A stretch of DNA of 64,000 nucleotides, taken from the NCBI RefSeq assembly GCF_009914755.1, contig NC_060948.1; one strand, given 5' to 3'. Under the pieces are notes generated by a model, which saw nothing but the letters and a program-made list of their open reading frames with translations, was not told the DNA's origin and did not search any database. Within the stretch, counting starts at the first letter, position 1; each line of letters starts with the position of its first letter. The stretch comes from the human T2T-CHM13v2.0 reference genome, Homo sapiens. Of this stretch, positions 10,779 to 24,989 are shown one piece after another. Made by a program: the position numbers and the translations under genes.

Positions 10779-13700
10779 ATGGAATCGAACCACAAGGAAT
10801 GGACAGGAATAGAATGGTCTCGAATTGAATGGAATCGTATGGAATGGCATCAAACGGAATGGAATGGACAGCCACGGAATGGAATGCACTCGAATGCAAT
10901 GGAGTCGAAACTAATGGACTGGAATAGAATGGACTCGACTGGTATGGACTCCAATGGAATGGAATCGAATGGAAGGGAATCGAACGGAATGGACTCGAAG
11001 GGAAAAGACTGCAATGGAAAGGTCTCGAATGGAATGGAAATTAATGGAATGGAATGGAATCGAATGAAATGGAGTCAAAAGGAATGGAATCGAATGGCAA
11101 GAAATCGAATGTAATGGAATCGCAAGGAATTGATGTGAACGGAACGGAATGGAATGGAATCCAAAGGAATGGAATAGAATGGAATGGAATCGAATGGAAA
11201 GGACTCGAATGGAAATCACTCGAATAGAATGAAATTTAATAAAATAGGATCAAATGTAATAGAATGGAATGGAAAGGAATCGAAACGGAAGGAATGGAGA
11301 CAGATGGAATGGAATGGAACAGAGAGCAATGGTATAGAATGGAATGGAATCATCTGGAATGGAATTGAATGGAATGGAATAATATGAAATGGAATGGAAT
11401 GGAATGGAATGGAATGGAATGCCCTTGAATTAAATGGACTGGACTCGAACAGAGTGGAATGGAAAGTGTTGAGATAGAATGGAATGGACTCCTTTGGAAT
11501 GGTGTAGTATGCAATGCAATCGACTGGCAGGGAATCAAAAGGAATGTAATCGAATGGATTGGACTGGAATGCAATGGACTCGAATAGATTGGAAACGGAA
11601 TGCAAAGGAATGGAATGGAATAGTATGGAATGCAATGGAAGGGAATGGAGTGGAATAGACTAGAGTGGAATGGAATGGACTGGAAAGCAATGGACTGGAA
11701 TGGAACTTTCTTGGATGGACTGGAATCAAACGGAATGGAATGCAATGCAATCAAATGGCATGGAATAAAATAGAATGAAAGAGAATCAAATGGAATTGAA
11801 TCGAATGGAATCGAATGGATTGGAAAGGAATAGAATGGAATGGAATGGAATTGACTCAAATGGAATGGACTAGAATGGAATGGATTCGAATGGAAGGCAA
11901 AGGAATGGAATCTATTGGAATGGACTGTAATGGAATGGAATGGAAGGGATTGGAATGGACTCGAATGGAATGGACTGCAATAGAAAGGATTCGAATGGAA
12001 TGAAAAAGAATTGAATGGAATAGAACAGAATGGAATCAAATCGAATGGAATGGAATGGAATAGAAAGGAATGGAATGAAATGGAATGGAAAGGATTCGAA
12101 TGGAATGCAATCGAATGGAATGGAATCGAACGGAATGGAATAAAATGGAAGAAAACTGGCAAGAAATGGAATCGAAATGAATGGAGTGTTATGGAATGGA
12201 CTCAAAAGGAATTGAATGTAATAGAATGGAGTGGAGTGGACTCGAATATAATGGACTGGAATGGAATGAAATCACATGGAATGGGAACGAATGGAATGGA
12301 ATGGAAAGGAATGGAATCGAATGGAAAGGAATCGAATGGAAGGGAATGAAATTGAATCAACAGGAATGGGAGGGAATAGAATAGACTGTAATGGAATGGA
12401 CTCGAATAGAATGGACACGAATGCTCAAATTAAATTGACTCGAATGGAATGGAAACGAAAGGAATGTCATCGAATGGAATTGAATCGATTGGAATGAAAT
12501 CGCATAGAATGGAGTGGAATCAAATGGAATTGAATCGAAAGGAAAGGAAGCGAATGGACTGAAATGAAATGGAATGGAATTGAATGGAAAGTAATGCAAT
12601 GGAATAGAATGGAACGAAATTTCACGGAATGGAATCAAACTGAATGGAATCAAATCAATGGAATCAAATCAAATGGAATTGAAAGGAATTGAATGGAGTA
12701 GATGGGATTGGATGGGATTGGAATGAAATGTACTGGAAAGGACTCGAATTTCATGAAACGGAATGGAATGAATTGGAAAGGAATGGACTCGAATGGAATG
12801 GAATGTCATGGAATGGCATCAAATGGAATGGCATCAAATGGAATGGAATCGAATGCAATGGAATGCTGTGGAATGGAATGGAATGCATTGGAATGGAATG
12901 TCCTCTAATGGAATGGATTCGAGTGGAATGGAATTGAATATAATGGAGTCGAATGAAATGGAATTGAAAGGAATGGGATCGAATACAATGGAATATACTG
13001 GAATGTAACGTAATGAACTCGAATGTAATTGACTGGAATGGAATGTACATGAATGGAATGTAATCGAATGGAAAGTAGTCCAATGGAATAGAATCTAATG
13101 CAATAAAATCGACTCAGATAGAGTAGAATGTAATGGAATGGAGTGCAGTGCAATGGAATGGAATGGAATGGAATGCAATGGAATGGAATGGAATGGAATG
13201 GAATGGAATGGAATGGGATGGAATGGTATGGAATGGATAGTAATGGACTGGAGTGAAATGGACTGGAAAGGAATGGACTCAAATTGAAAGGTCTCGAAAG
13301 GAATGGAGTCAAATGGAATGGTCTGGAATGGAATGAACACGAATGTAATGCAATCCAATAGAATGGAATCGAATGGCATGGAATATAAAGAAATGGAATC
13401 GAAGAGAATGGAAACAAATGGAATGAAATTGAATGGAATGGAATTGAATGGAATGTGAACGAATGGAGTGAAATTGTATGCAGTAGAAGAGAATAGAATG
13501 GAATGCAAGCGAAAGGAAAGGAATGGATTGGAATGGAATGGAATTCATTGGAATGGAAGGGAATGTAGTGTAATGGACAGGCCTGGAATAAAGTGGAATG
13601 CTACGGTCTCGCATGGAATAAAAATGTATGGAATGGAATGCAATGAAACGGAATCGAATGTCATAGAATGTAATGGAATGCAAAAAAATGGAATCCAAAA

Positions 13701-14332
13701 TCATTGAATGGAAAGGCTGGGTGTCGAAAGGAATTGACTCCAATGGAATGGAATCGAATGGAATGGAAGTGAATAGAATCGAACTAAATCGAATGGAATG
13801 GAATTGATAGGAACGGAATGGAAAGGATTGCAATGATTTGGCATGGAATGGAATCGAATGGCATCGAATGGAATGGAATGGAATGCAATGGAATGGAATG
13901 TATTAGAATGTAATGAACTTTAATGGAATGTACTCGAATGGATTCGACTGGAATGGAATGTTCTGGAAGTGAATGGACTCCAATGGAATGGATTCAAAAG
14001 GAATGGAATCGTACGGAATGGAATCTAATGGAATGGAATTAAATGGAAATGAATCAAATTGAATAGCACGGAATTGAATTGAATGGAATGGAATGCAATG
14101 GAATCTAATGAAACGGAAAGGAAAGGAATGGAATGGAATGGAATGGGCTGGAATGGAAAGGAATCGAAACGAATGGAATGGAATCGAAGTGAAGAGACTG
14201 GAATGGTATGCACTGGAATGGAAGGGAGTGTAATGGAAGGTTCTCGAAAAAAATGGAATCGAATGGAATGGAATTGAATGGAACGGAATAGAGTCGAATG
14301 GAATTGAATGGAATGGAATGGACTAGAGTGAA
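10779..14332 (+). repeat. DYZ1 unit U4 (3554 bp)
   Basis: Near-identical to U3 at offset 3554. Confidence 0.93.
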
Positions 14333-17300
14333 ATGGAATCGAACCACAAGGAATGGACAGGAATAGAATGGTCTCGAATTGAATGGAATCGTATGGAATG
14401 GCATCAAACGGAATGGAATGGACAGCCACGGAATGGAATGCACTCGAATGCAATGGAGTCGAAACTAATGGACTGGAATAGAATGGACTCGACTGGTACG
14501 GACTCCAATGGAATGGAATCGAATGGAAGGGAATCGAACGTAATGGACTCGAAGGGAAAAGACTGCAATGGAAAGGTCTCGAATGGAATGGAAATTAATG
14601 GAATGGAATGGAATCGAATGAAATGGAGTCAAAAGGAATGGAATCGAATGGCAAGAAATCGAATGTAATGGAATCGCAAGGAATTGATGTGAACGGAACG
14701 GAATGGAATGGAATCCAAAGGAATGGAATAGAATGGAATGGAAACGAATGGAAAGGACTCCAATGGAAATCACTCGAATAGAATGCAATTTAATAAAATA
14801 GGATCAAATGTAATAGAATGGAACGGAAAGGAATCGAAACGGAAGGAATGGAGACAGATGGAATGGAATGGAACAGAGAGCAATGGTATAGAATGGAATG
14901 GAATCATCTGGAATGGAATTGAATGGAATGGAATGATATGAAATGGAATGGAATGGAATGGAATGGAATGCCCTTGAATTAAATGGACTGGACTCGAACA
15001 GAGTGGAATGGAAAGTGTTGAGATAGAATGGAATGGACTCCTTTGGAATGGTGTAGTATGCAATGCAATCGACTGGCAGGGAATCAAAAGGAATGTAATC
15101 GAATGGATTGGACTGGAATGCAATGGACTCGAATAGATTGGAAACGGAATGCAAAGGAATGGAATGGAATAGTATGGAATGCAATGGAAGGGAATGGAGT
15201 GGAATAGACTAGAGTGGAATGGAATGGACTGGAAAGCAATGGAGTGGAATGGAACTTTCTTGGATGGACTGGAATCAAACGGAATGGAATGCAATGCAAT
15301 CAAATGGCATGGAATAAAATAGAATGAAAGAGAATCAAATGGAATTGAATCGAATGGAATCGAATGGATTGGAAAGGAATAGAATGGAATGGAATGGAAT
15401 TGACTCAAATGGAATGGACTAGAATGGAATGGATTCGAATGGAAGGCAAAGGAATGGAATCTATTGGAATGGACTGTAATGGAATGGAATGGAAGGGATT
15501 GGAATGGACTCGAATGGAATGGACTGCAATAGAAAGGATTCGAATGGAATGAAAAAGAATTGAATGGAATAGAACAGAATGGAATCAAATCGAATGGAAT
15601 GGAATGGAATAGAAAGGAATGGAATGAAATGGAATGGAAAGGATTCGAATGGAATGCAATCGAATGGAATGGAATCGAACGGAATGGAATAAAATGGAAG
15701 AAAACTGGCAAGAAATGGAATCGAAATGAATGGAGTGTTATGGAACGGACTCAAAAGGAATTGAATGTAATAGAATGGAGTGGAGTGGACTCGAATATAA
15801 TGGACTGGAATGGAATGAAATCACATGGAATGGGAACGAATGGAATGGAATGGAAAGGAATGGAATCGAATGGAAAGGAATCGAATGGAAGGGAATGAAA
15901 TTGAATCAACAGGAATGGAAGGGAATAGAATAGACTGTAATGGAATGGACTCGAATAGAATGGACACGAATGCTCAAATTAAATGGACTCGAATGGAATG
16001 GAAACGAAAGGAATGTCATCGAATGGAATTGAATCGATTGGAATGAAATCGCATAGAATGGAGTGGAATCAAATGGAATTGAATCGAAAGGAAAGGAAGC
16101 GAATGGACTGAAATGAAATGGAATGGAATTGAATGGAAAGTAATGCAATGGAATAGAATGGAACGAAATTTCACGGAATGGAATCAAACTGAATGGAATC
16201 AAATCAATGGAATCAAATCAAATGGAATGGAAAGGAATTGAATGGAGTAGATGGGATTGGATGGGATTGGAATGAAATGTACTGGAAAGGACTCGAATTT
16301 CATGAAACGGAATGGAATGAATTGGAACGGAATGGACTCGAATGGAATGGAATGTCATGGAATGGCATCAAATGGAATGGCATCAAATGGAATGGAATCG
16401 AATGCAATGGAATGCTATGGAATGGAATGGAATGCATTGGAATGGAATGTCCTCTAATGGAATGGATTCGAGTGGAATGGAATTGAATGTAATGGAGTCG
16501 AATGAAATGGAATTGAAAGGAATGGGATCGAATACAATGGAATATACTGGAATGTAACGTAATGAACTCGAATGTAATTGACTGGAATGGAATGTACATG
16601 AATGGAATGTAATCGAATGGAAAGTAATCCAATGGAATAGAATCTAATGCAATAAAATCGACTCAGATAGAGTAGAATGTAATGGAATGGAGTGCAGTGC
16701 AATGGAATGGAATGGAATGGAATGCAATGGAATGGAATGGAATGGAATGGAATGGAATGGAATGGAATGGGATGGAATGGTATGGAATGGATAGTAATGG
16801 ACTGGAATGAAATGGACTGGAAAAGAATGGACTCAAATTGAAAGGGCTCGAAAGGAATGGAGTCAAATGGAATGGTCTGGAATGGAATGAACACGAATGT
16901 AATGCAATCCAATAGAATGGAATCGAATGGCATGGAATATAAAGAAATGGAATCGAAGAGAATGGAAACAAATGGAATGGAATTGAATGGAATGGAATTG
17001 AATGGAATGGGAACGAATGGAGTGAAATTGTATGCAGTAGAAGAGAATAGAATGGAATGCAAGCGAAAGGAAAGGAATGGATTGGAATGGAATGGAATTC
17101 ATTGGAATGGAAGGGAATGTAGTGTAATGGACAGGCCTGGAATAAAGTGGAATGCTACGGTCTCGAATGGAATAAAAATGTATGGAATGGAATGCAATGA
17201 AACGGAATCGAATGTCATAGAATGTAATGGAATGCAAAAAAATGGAATCCAAAATCATTGACTGGAAAGGCTGGGTGTCGAAAGGAATTGACTCCAATGG

Positions 17301-17886
17301 AATGGAATCGAATGGAATGGAAGTGAATAGAATCGAACTAAATCGAATGGAATGGAATTGATAGGAACGGAATGGAAAGGAATGCAATGATTTGGCATGG
17401 AATGGAATCGAATGGCATCGAATGGAATGGAATGGAATGCAATGGAATGGAATGTATTAGAATGTAATGAACATTAATGGAATGTACTCGAATGGATTCG
17501 ACTGGAATGGAATGTTCTGGAAGTGAATGGACTCCAATGGAATGGATTCGAAAGGAATGGAATCGAACGGAATGGAATCTAATGGAATGGAATTAAATGG
17601 AAATGAATCAAATTGAATAGCACGGAATTGAATTGAATGGAATGGAATGCAATGGAATCTAATGAAACGGAAAGGAAAGGAATGGAATGGAATGGAATGG
17701 GCTGGAATGGAAAGGAATCGAAACGAATGGAATGGAATCGAACTGAAGAGACTGGAATGGAATGCACTGGAATGGAAGGGAGTGTAATGGAAGGTTCTCG
17801 AAAATAATGGAAGCAAATGGAATGGAATTGAATGGAACGGAATAGAGTCGAATGGAATTGAATGGAATGGAATGGACTAGAGTGAA
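14333..17886 (+). repeat. DYZ1 unit U5 (3554 bp), chimeric
   Basis: Carries the U3/U4 10-bp deletion in its 5' part and U6-U10-type markers in its 3' part; tract n=8. Confidence 0.92.
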
Positions 17887-20800
17887 ATGGAATCGAACCA
17901 CAAGGAATGGACAGGAATAGAATGGTCTCGAATTGAATGGAATCGTATGGAATGGCATCAAACGGAATGGAATGGACAGCCACGGAATGGAATGCACTCG
18001 AATGCAATGGAGTCGAAACTTATGGACTGGAATAGAATGGACTCGACTGGTACGGACTCCAATGGAATGGAATCGAATGGAAGGGATTCGAACGGAATGG
18101 ACTCGAAGGGAAAAGACTGCAATGGATAGGTCTCGAATGGAATGGAAATTAATGGAATGGAATGGAATCGAATGAAATGGAGTCAAAAGGAATGGAATCG
18201 AATGGCAAGAAATCGAATGTAATGGAATCGCAAGGAATTGATGTGAACGGAACGGAATGGAATGGAATCCAAAGGAATGGAATAGAATGGAATGGAATCG
18301 AATGGAAAGGACTCGAATGGAAATCACTCGAATAGAATGAAATTTAATAAAATAGGATCAAATGTAATTGAATGGAATGGAAAGGAATCGAAACGAAAGG
18401 AATGGAGACAGATGGAATGGAATGGAACAGAGAGCAATGGTATAGAATGGAATGGAATCATCTGGAATGGAATTGAATGGAATGGAATAATATGAAATGG
18501 AATGGAATGGAATGGAATGGAATGCCCTTGAATTAAATGGACTGGAATGGAATGGACTCGAACAGAGTGGAATGGAAAGTGTTGAGATAGAATGGAATGG
18601 ACTCCTTTGGAATGGTCTAGTATGCAATGCAATCGACTGGCAGGGAATCAAAAGGAATGTAATCGAATGGATTAGACTGGAATGCAATGGACTCGAATAG
18701 ATTGGAAACGGAATGCAAAGGAATGGAATGGAATAGTATGGAATGGAATGGAAAGGAATGGAGTGGAATAGACTAGAGTGGAATGGAATGGACTGGAAAG
18801 CAATGGACTGGAATGGAACTTTCTTGAATGGACTGGAATCAAACGGAATGGAATGCAATGCAATCAAATGGCATGGAATAAAATAGAATGAAAGAGAATC
18901 AAATGGAATTGAATCGAATGGAATCGAATGGATTGGAAAGGAATAGAATGGAATGGAATGGAATGGACTCAAATGGAATGGACTAGAATGGAATGGATTC
19001 GAATGGAAGGCAAAGGAATGGAATCTATTGGAATGGACTGTAATGGAATGGAATGGAAGGGATTGGAATGGACTCGAATGGAATGGACTGCAATAGAAAG
19101 GATTCGAATGGAATGAAAAAGAATTGAATGGAATAGAACAGAATGGAATCAAATCGAATGAAATGGAATGGAATAGAAAGGAATGGAATGAAATGGAATG
19201 GAAAGGATTCGAATGGAATGCAATCGAATGGAATGGAATCGAACGGAATGGAATAAAATGGAAGAAAACTGGCAAGAAATGGAATCGAAATGAATGGAGT
19301 GTTATGGAACGGACTCAAAAGGAATTGAATGTAATAGAATGGAGTGGAGTGGACTCGAATATAATGGACTGGAATGGAATGAAATCACATGGAATGGGAA
19401 CGAATGGAATGGAATGGAAAGGAATGGAATCGAATGGAAAGGAATCGAATGGAAGGGAATGAAATTGAATCAACAGGAATGGAAGGGAATAGAATAGACG
19501 GTAATGGAATGGACTCGAATAGAATGGACACGAATGCTCAAATTGAATGGACTCGAATGGAATGGAAACGAAAGGAATGTCATCGAATGGAATTGAATCG
19601 ATTGGAATGAAATCGCATAGAATGGAGTGGAATCAAATGGAATTGAATCGAAAGGAAAGGAAGCGAATGGACTGAAATGAAATGGAATGGAATTGAATGG
19701 AAAGTAATGCAATGGAATAGAATGGAACGAAATTTCACGGAATGGAATCAAACTGAATGGAATCAAATCAATGGAATCAAATCAAATGGAATGGAAAGGA
19801 ATTGAATGGAGTAGATTGGATTGGATGGGATTGGAATGAAATGTACTGGAAAGGACTCGAATTTCATGAAACGGAATGGAATGAATTGGAACGGAATGGA
19901 CTCGAATGGAATGGAATGTCATGGAATGGCATCAAATGGAATGGCATCAAATGGAATGGAATCGAATGCAATGGAATGCTATGGAATGGAATGGAATGCA
20001 TTGGAATGGAATGTCCTCTAATGGAATGGATTCGAGTGGAATGGAATCGAATATAATGGAGTCGAATGAAATGGAATTGAAAGGAATGGGATCGAATACA
20101 ATGGAATATACTGGAATGTAATGTAATGAACTCGAATGTAATTGACTGGAATGGAATGTACATGAATGGAATGTAATCGAATGGAAAGTAATCCAATGGA
20201 ATAGAATCTAATGCAATAAAATCGACTCAGATAGAGTAGAATGTAATGGAATGGAGTGCAGTGCAATGGAATGGAATGGAATGGAATGCAATGGAATGGA
20301 ATGGAATGGAACGGAATGGAATGGAATGGGATGGAATGGTACGGAATGGACAGTAATGGACTGGAATGAAATGGACTGGAAAAGAATGGACTCAAATTGA
20401 AAGGGCTCGAAAGGAATGGAGTCAAATGGAATAGTCTGGAATGGAATGAACACGAATGTAATGCAATCCAATAGAATGGAATCGAATGGCATGGAATATA
20501 AAGAAATGGAATCGAAGAGAATGGAAACAAATGGAATGGAATTGAATGGAATGGAATTGAATGGAATGGGAACGAATGGAGTGAAATTGTATGCAGTAGA
20601 AGAGAATAGAATGGAATGCAAGCGAAAGGAAAGGAATGGATTGCAATGGAATGGAATTCATTGGAATGGAAGGGAATGTAGTGTAATGGACAGGCCTGGA
20701 ATAAAGTGGAATGTTACGGTCTCGAATGGAATAAAAATGTATGGAATGGAATGCAATGAAACGGAATCGAATGTCATAGAATGTAATGGAATGCAAAAAA

Positions 20801-21445
20801 ATGGAATCCAAAATCATTGACTGGAAAGGCTGGGTGTCGAAAGGAATTGACTCCAATGGAATGGAATCGAATGGAATGGAAGTGAATAGAATCGAACTAA
20901 ATCGAATGGAATGGAATTGATAGGAACGGAATGGAAAGGAATGCAATGATTTGGCATGGAATGCAATCGAATGGCATCGAATGGAATGGAATGGAATGCA
21001 ATGGAATGGAATGTATTAGAATGTAATGAACATTAATGGAATGTACTCGAATGGATTCGACTGGAATGGAATGTTCTGGAAGTGAATGGACTCCAATGGA
21101 ATGGATTCGAAAGGAATGGAATCGAACGGAATGGAATCTAATGGAATGGAATTAAATGGAAATGAATCAAATTGAATAGCACGGAATTGAATTGAATGGA
21201 ATCGAATGCAATGGAATCTAATGAAACGGAAAGGAAAGGAATGGAATGGAATGGAATGGGCTGGAATGGAAAGGAATCGAAACGAATGGAATGGAATCGA
21301 ACTGAAGAGACTGGAATGGAATGCACTGGAATGGAAGGGAGTGTAATGGAAGGTTCTCGAAAATAATGGAAGCAAATGGAATGGAATTGAATGGAACGGA
21401 ATAGAGTCGAATGGAATTGAATGGAATGGAATGGACTAGAGTGAA
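17887..21445 (+). repeat. DYZ1 unit U6 (3559 bp)
   Basis: Landmark spacing; AAACTTATGG and GGGATTCGAAC markers; tract n=7. Confidence 0.93.
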
Positions 21446-24400
21446 ATGGAATCGAACCACAAGGAATGGACAGGAATAGAATGGTCTCGAATTGAATGGA
21501 ATCGTATGGAATGGCATCAAACGGAATGGAATGGACAGCCACGGAATGGAATGCACTCGAATGCAATGGAGTCGAAACTTATGGACTGGAATAGAATGGA
21601 CTCGACTGGTACGGACTCCAATGGAATGGAATCGAATGGAAGGGATTCGAACGGAATGGACTCGAAGGGAAAAGACTGCAATGGAAAGGTCTCGAATGGA
21701 ATGGAAATTAATGGAATGGAATGGAATCGAATGAAATGGAGTCAAAAGGAATGGAATCGAATGGCAAGAAATCGAATGTAATGGAATCGGAAGGAATTGA
21801 TGTGAACGGAACGGAATGGAATGGAATCCAAAGGAATGGAATAGAATGGAATGGAATCGAATGGAAAGGACTCGAATGGAAATCACTCGAATGGAATGAA
21901 ATTTAATAAAATAGGATCAAATGTAATTGAATGGAATGGAAAGGAATCGAAACGAAAGGAATGGAGACAGATGGAATGGAATGGAACAGAGAGCAATGGT
22001 ATAGAATGGAATGGAATCATCTGGAATGGAATTGAATGGAATGGAATAATATGAAATGGAATGGAATGGAATGGAATGGAATGCCCTTGAATTAAATGGA
22101 CTGGAATGGAATGGACTCGAACAGAGTGGAATGGAAAGTGTTGAGATAGAATGGAATGGACTCTTTTAGAATGGTCTAGTATGCAATGCAATCGACTGGC
22201 AGGGAATCAAAAGGAATGTAATCGAATGGATTGGACTGGAATGCAATGGACTCGAATAGATTGGAAACGGAATGCAAAGGAATGGAATGGAATAGTATGG
22301 AATGGAATGGAAAGGAATGGAGTGGAATAGACTAGAGTGGAATGGAATGGACTGGAAAGCAATGGACTGGAATGGAACTTTCTTGAATGGACTGGAATCA
22401 AACGGAATGGAATGCAATGCAATCAAATGGCATGGAATAAAATAGAATGAAAGAGAATCAAATGGAATTGAATCGAATGGAATCGAATGGATTGGAAAGG
22501 AATAGAATGGAATGGAATGGAATTGACTCAAATGGAATGGACTAGAATGGAATGGATTCGAATGGAAGGCAAAGGAATGGAATCTATTGGAATGGACAGT
22601 AATGGAATGGAATGGAAGGGATTGGAATGGACTCGAATGGAATGGACTGCAATAGAAAGGATTCGAATGGAATGAAAAAGAATTGAATGGAATAGAACAG
22701 AATGGAATCAAATCGAATGAAATGGAATGGAATAGAAAGGAATGGAATGAAATGGAATGGAAAGGATTCGAATGGAATGCAATCGAATGGAATGGAATCG
22801 AACGGAATGGAATAAAATGGAAGAAAACTGGCAAGAAATGGAATCGAAATGAATGGAGTGTTATGGAACGGACTCAAAAGGAATTGAATGTAATAGAATG
22901 GAGTGGAGTGGACTCGAATATAATGAACTGGAATGGAATGAAATCACATGGAATGGGAACGAATGGAATGGAATGGAAAGGAATGGAATCGAATGGAAAG
23001 GAATCGAATGGAAGGGAATGAAATTGAATCAACAGGAATGGAAGGGAATAGAATAGACGGTAATGGAATGGACTCGAATAGAATGGACACGAATGCTCAA
23101 ATTGAATGGACTCGAATGGAATGGAAACAAAAGGAATGTCATCGAATGGAATTGAATCGATTGGAATGAAATCGCATAGAATGGAGTGGAATCAAATGGA
23201 ATTGAATCGAAAGGAAAGGAAGCGAATGGACTGAAATGAAATGGAATGGAATTGAATGGAAAGTAATGCAATGGAATAGAATGGAACGAAATTTCACGGA
23301 ATGGAATCAAACTGAATGGAATCAAATCAATGGAATCAAATCAAATGGAATGGAAAGGAATTGAATGGAGTAGATTGGATTGGATGGGATTGGAATGAAA
23401 TATACTGGAAAGGACTCGAATTTCATGAAACGGAATGGAATGAATTGGAACGGAATGGACTCGAATGGAATGGAATGTCATGGAATGGCATCAAATGGAA
23501 TGGCATCAAATGGAATGGAATCGAATGCAATGGAATGCTATGGAATGGAATGGAATGCATTGGAATGGAATGTCCTCTAATGGAATGGATTCGAGTGGAA
23601 TGGAATCGAATATAATGGAGTCGAATGAAATGGAATTGAAAGGAATGGGATCGAATACAATGGAATATACTGGAATGTAATGTAATGAACTCGAATGTAA
23701 TTGACTGGAATGGAATGTACATGAATGGAATGTAATCGAATGGAAAGTAATCCAATGGAATAGAATCTAATGCAATAAAATCGACTCAGATAGAGTAGAA
23801 TGTAATGGAATGGAGTGCAGTGCAATGGAATGGAATGGAATGGAGTGCAATGGAATGGAATGGAATGGAATGGGATGGAATGGTATGGAATGGATAGTAA
23901 TGGACTGGAATGAAATGGACTGGAAAAGAATGGACTCAAATTGAAAGGGCTCGAAAGGAATGGAGTCAAATGGAATGGTCTGGAATGGAATGAACACGAA
24001 TGTAATGCAATCCAATAGAATGGAATCGAATGGCATGGAATATAAAGAAATGGAATCGAAGAGAATGGAAACAAATGGAATGGAATTGAATGGAATGGAA
24101 TTGAATGGAATGGGAACGAATGGAGTGAAATTGTATGCAGTAGAAGAGAATAGACTGGAATGCAAGCGAAAGGAAAGGAATGGATTGCAATGGAATGGAA
24201 TTCATTGGAATGGAAGGGAATGTAGTGTAATGGACAGGCCTGGAATAAAGTGGAATGCTACGGTCTCGAATGGAATAAAAATGTATGGAATGGAATGCAA
24301 TGAAACGGAATCGAATGTCATAGAATGTAATGGAATGCAAAAAAATGGAATCCAAAATCATTGACTGGAAAGGCTGGGTGTCGAAAGGAATTGACTCCAA

Positions 24401-24989
24401 TGGAATGGAATCGAATGGAATGGAAGTGAATAGAATCGAACTAAATCGAATGGAATGGAATTGATAGGAACGGAATGGAAAGGAATGCAATGATTTGGCA
24501 TGGAATGGAATCGAATGGCATCGAATGGAATGGAATGGAATGCAATGGAATGGAATGTATTAGAATGTAATGAACATTAATGGAATGTACTCGAATGGAT
24601 TCGACTGGAATGGAATGTTCTGGAAGTGAATGGACTCCAATGGAATGGATTCGAAAGGAATGGAATCGAACGGAATGGAATCTAATGGAATGGAATTAAA
24701 TGGAAATGAATCAAATTGAATAGCACGGAATTGAATTGAATGGAATGGAATGCAATGGAATCTAATGAAACGGAAAGGAAAGGAATGGAATGGAATGGAA
24801 TGGGCTGGAATGGAAAGGAATCGAAACGAATGGAATGGAATCGAACTGAAGAGACTGGAATCGAATGCACTGGAATCGAAGGGAGTGTAATGGAAGGTTC
24901 TCGAAAATAATGGAAGCAAATGGAATGGAATTGAATGGAACGGAATAGAGTCGAATGGAATTGAATGGAATGGAATGGACTAGAGTGAA
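21446..24989 (+). repeat. DYZ1 unit U7 (3544 bp)
   Basis: Landmark spacing; tract n=4; CTCTTTTAGA marker. Confidence 0.93.
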
